Source: Chiloscyllium plagiosum
Lineage: Eukaryota
Length of the DNA stretch: 24,184 nucleotides
Assembly (NCBI RefSeq): GCF_004010195.1
Contig: NC_057718.1
Span: 95,198,003-95,222,186, forward strand
Direction: 5' to 3'
Below are positions 21,168 to 24,184 of this stretch, piece after piece. Made by a program: the position numbers and the translations under genes. The stretch's first letter is position 1. Every line of letters starts with the position of its first letter. The notes under the pieces are model-generated. The model searched no databases. It was not told the DNA's origin and was given only the letters and a program-made list of their open reading frames with translations.

Positions 21168-24033
21168 GGTTTAAACTAGTTTGGCAGGGGGGTGAGAATC
21201 AGAGCCACATGTCTGAGAGGGGTCAATTGCAGACAGGACAGTGACAGGATATATTGAATATATCTCACAGGATATATCTCACACGATGAAACATAGGGAT
21301 CTGTTAAAGTGTGTCTGCTTTAATGCAAGAAGTGTCAGAAATAAGAGTGACGAACTTAGAGCATGGATCAGTACTTGGGGCTACAATGTTGTGGCCATAA
21401 CAGAGATGTGGGTTTCACAGGGGCAGGAATGGTTGCTAGATGTTCCAGGGTTAAGAACGTTTAAAAAGAACAGGGAGGGTGGAAAAAGAGGAGGGGGTGT
21501 AGCATTGCTAATCAGAGAGTGCATCACAGCTACAGAACCAAAGGTTGTTAAGTGTGGGTCAGTAAATTTGCAGATGATACGAAGATTGGTGGAGTTGTGG
21601 ATAGTGAGGAGGGCTGTTGTCGGCTGCAAAGGGACTTAGATATGATGCAGAGCTGGGCTGAGGAGTGGCAGATGGAGTTCAACCCTGCCAAGTGTGAGGT
21701 TGTCCATTTTGGAAAAACAAATAAGAATGCAGAATACAGGGTTAACGGTAGGGTTCTGAGTGAGGTGGAGGAACAGAGGGATCTTGGAATCTATGTTCAT
21801 AGATCTTTGAGAGTTGCCACTCAGGTGGATAGAGCTTGTAAGAAAGCCTATGGTGTATTAGCGTTCATTAGCAGAGGGATTGAATTCAAGAGCCGTGAAG
21901 TGATGTTGCAACTGAATAGGTCGTACGAGGATAGGTTGAGAGTGCTAGGCCTTTTCTCGTTGGAACGGCGAAGGCTGAGGGGTGACTTGATCGAGGTTTA
22001 TAAGATGATCAGAGGAATAGATAGAGTAGACAGTCAGAAACTTTTTCCCTGGGTACAACAGAGTGTTACAAGGGGACATAAATTTAAGGTGAAGGGTGGA
22101 AGGTATAGGGGAGATGTCAGGGGTAGGTTCTTTACCCAGAGAGTGGTGGGGGCATGGAATGCGCTGCCTGTAGGAGTAGTAGAGTCAGAATCTTTGGTGA
22201 CCTTTAAGCGGCAATTGGATAGGTACATGGATGGGTGCTTAAGCTGGGACAAATGTTCGGCACAACACCGTGGGCTGAAGGGCCTGTTCTGTGCTGTATT
22301 GTTCTATGTTCTATGTTCTATGTTCTATGTTCTACGTAAGGAAGGTTTGTCTACTGAGTCAGTATGGGTGGGAGTTAGGAACAGCAAGGGAGCAGCCACC
22401 GCATTGGGGGGTTTTCTACAGTCGAGAGATCAAAGATTGCATCGGTTGGCAGATTTTGGGAAAATGCAGAAGTAGCAGGGTTGTCGTTATGGGTGATTTC
22501 AACTTTCCCAATATCGACTGGAACCTCCTTAGTGCAGATGGTTTGGATGGTGCCGTTTTTGTCAGGTGTGTTCAGGAGGGTTTCCTTACTCAGTATGTAG
22601 ACAGGCCGAGGATGGGAGAGGCCATTTTGGATTTGGTGCTCAGCAACGAGCCAGGACAGGTATCAGATCTCGCGGTGGGAGAACACTTTGGTGAAGTGAT
22701 CACAACTGCCTCACATTTACCATAGCCTTGGAGAGTGAAAGGAGCAGTTACCGTGGGAATATATTTAATCGGGGAAAAGGAAATTATGTCGCTATCAGAC
22801 AGGAGTTGGGAAGGACAGACTGGGAGTATTGTTCCACAGAAAGGGCACAGCAGAGATGTGGAGACTATTTAAGGAGCAGTTGTTGTGAGTGATGTGCAAA
22901 TTTGTTCCTCTGAGACAGGTAAGTAAGGGTAAGATTAAGGAACCTTGGATGACGAGAACAGAGGAGCTTCTCGTCAAAAGGAAGAAGGCAGCTTACGTAA
23001 GATGGAGGAAGCAAGGATCCAGCACAGCTTTAGAGGATTACAGGCTTGCTAGAAAGGAGCTCAGAAATGGACTGAGGAGAGCCAGGAGGGGGCACAAGAA
23101 AGGCTTGGCAAGAAGGATTAGGGAGAACCCAAAGGCATTTTACTCATTAGTGAGGAATAAGAGAATGATCATGGAGAAGATAGGGCCGGTCAGGGACAGC
23201 AACTTGTGCGTGGAGCCTGAGCAGATAGGGAAAGCCCTAAATGAGTATTTTGCTTTGATTTTCACCAAAGAAAGGGAACTTGTTGTAAATGAAAACTTTG
23301 AGGAGCTGGGATACAGTCTTGAACAGATCAAGATTGATGAAGTTGATGTGATGGAAATTTTGGCAAAACATTAAGATTGATAAGTCTCCAGGGCCAGACC
23401 AGATTTATCCCAGGCTGCTCTAGGAAGTGAGAAAGGAGGTTGCTAAGCCGCTGGCGAGGATCTTTGCCTCCTCACTCTCCACAGGAGTCGTACCGAAGGA
23501 TTGGAAGGAGGTGAATGTTGTTCCACTTTTCAAGAAGGGTAATAGGGAAATCCCTGGCAATTACAGACCAGTCAGTCTTACGTCTGTGGTCAGCAAAGTT
23601 GTGGAAAGATTCTGAGGGATAGGATTTATGACTATTTGGCAAATCATAGTGTGATTAAAGGCAGTCAGCCTGGCTTTGTGAGGGGCAGGTCATGCCTCAC
23701 AAATCTTATTGAGTTCTTTGAGGAGGTGTCAAGACAGGTCAATGATGGTCCAGCAGTGGATGTGGTGTATATGGACTTCAGCAAGGCATTTGATAGGGTT
23801 CTCCATGGTAGGCTCATTCATAAAGTCAGGAAGTATGGGATACATGCAGATTTGGCTATCTGGATTGAGAATTGGCTGACTGACAGAAGGTAGAGAGTGG
23901 TTGTAGATGGAAAGTATTCTGCCTGGAGGTCAGTGTTGAGTGGGGTCCCACAGGGCTCTGTTCTTGGGCCACTACTCTTTGTAGTTTTTACAAATGACTT
24001 GGATGAGATGGTTGGGGGGTGGGTTAGTAAGTT
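21168..24033 (+). mobile_element. CR1 LINE copy B (different subfamily): end of ORF1, endonuclease, and RT up to WVSKF; split at ~21552/22336
   Basis: CVCFNARSVRNK..GGGVALL (21300-21550) resumes as [63 protein letters not shown]. Multiple stops and frameshifts. Confidence 0.93.
21553..22335 (+). mobile_element. CR1 3' fragment C with (GTTCTAT)n tail and an in-frame internal deletion
   Basis: WVSKFADDTKIGG..WQMEFNPAKC..MLQLNR|SYEDRL (the LEYC block is missing)..FFTQRVV; tandem tail at ~22300-22335. Confidence 0.95.
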
Positions 24034-24184
24034 TAAGAAGGGTGGTAAGGACAAGCCAGGGAACTATAGACCGGTGAGCCTGACCTCGGCAGTGGGCAAG
24101 TTGTTGGAGTGAATCCTGAGGGACAGGATGTACATGTATTTGGAAAGGCAAGGACTGATTCAGGATAGTCAACATGGCTTTGTG
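24032..24184 (+). mobile_element. Further CR1 RT N-terminal fragment running off the window
   Basis: [38 protein letters not shown] repeats a region already covered at ~23530-23680, in divergent sequence. Confidence 0.9.

Noticed and set aside
21245..21285. Short tandem duplication ATATATCTCACA
   Set aside because: It is a local slippage event in the CR1 inter-ORF spacer.
20430..22475. 245-aa and 307-aa ORFs as functional CDS
   Set aside because: They are fragments of disrupted CR1 ORF2, one with an internal deletion.

Overview
Repeat-dense vertebrate genomic DNA, almost certainly from a cartilaginous fish (shark or ray). The evidence is several HE1/V-SINE-type SINEs plus shark-type CR1, L2 and Penelope-like elements. 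It is a draft assembly with three N gaps (6303-7120, 15984-16483, 19358-20042). I could not identify any intact host protein-coding gene, and nearly all ORFs in the track are decayed transposon fragments or gap artefacts. The host-derived core is a CpG island (~7170-7810) with GC and CCAAT boxes and opposing splice donors, plus weak candidate exons on either side. The rest is nested mobile DNA: a decayed pogo/Tigger transposon holding a MITE and a SINE that itself holds a solo LTR; a second LTR-like element flanked by an unusual 37-bp direct repeat; a LINE with a tRNA/SINE-like head carrying a hairpin-forming Penelope-derived insert; a Penelope element with an apparently intact minimal hammerhead ribozyme; and a ~5.7-kb CR1 mosaic whose pieces are out of order. 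Family names come from motif recognition by eye, not database searches, and boundaries of old elements are approximate.
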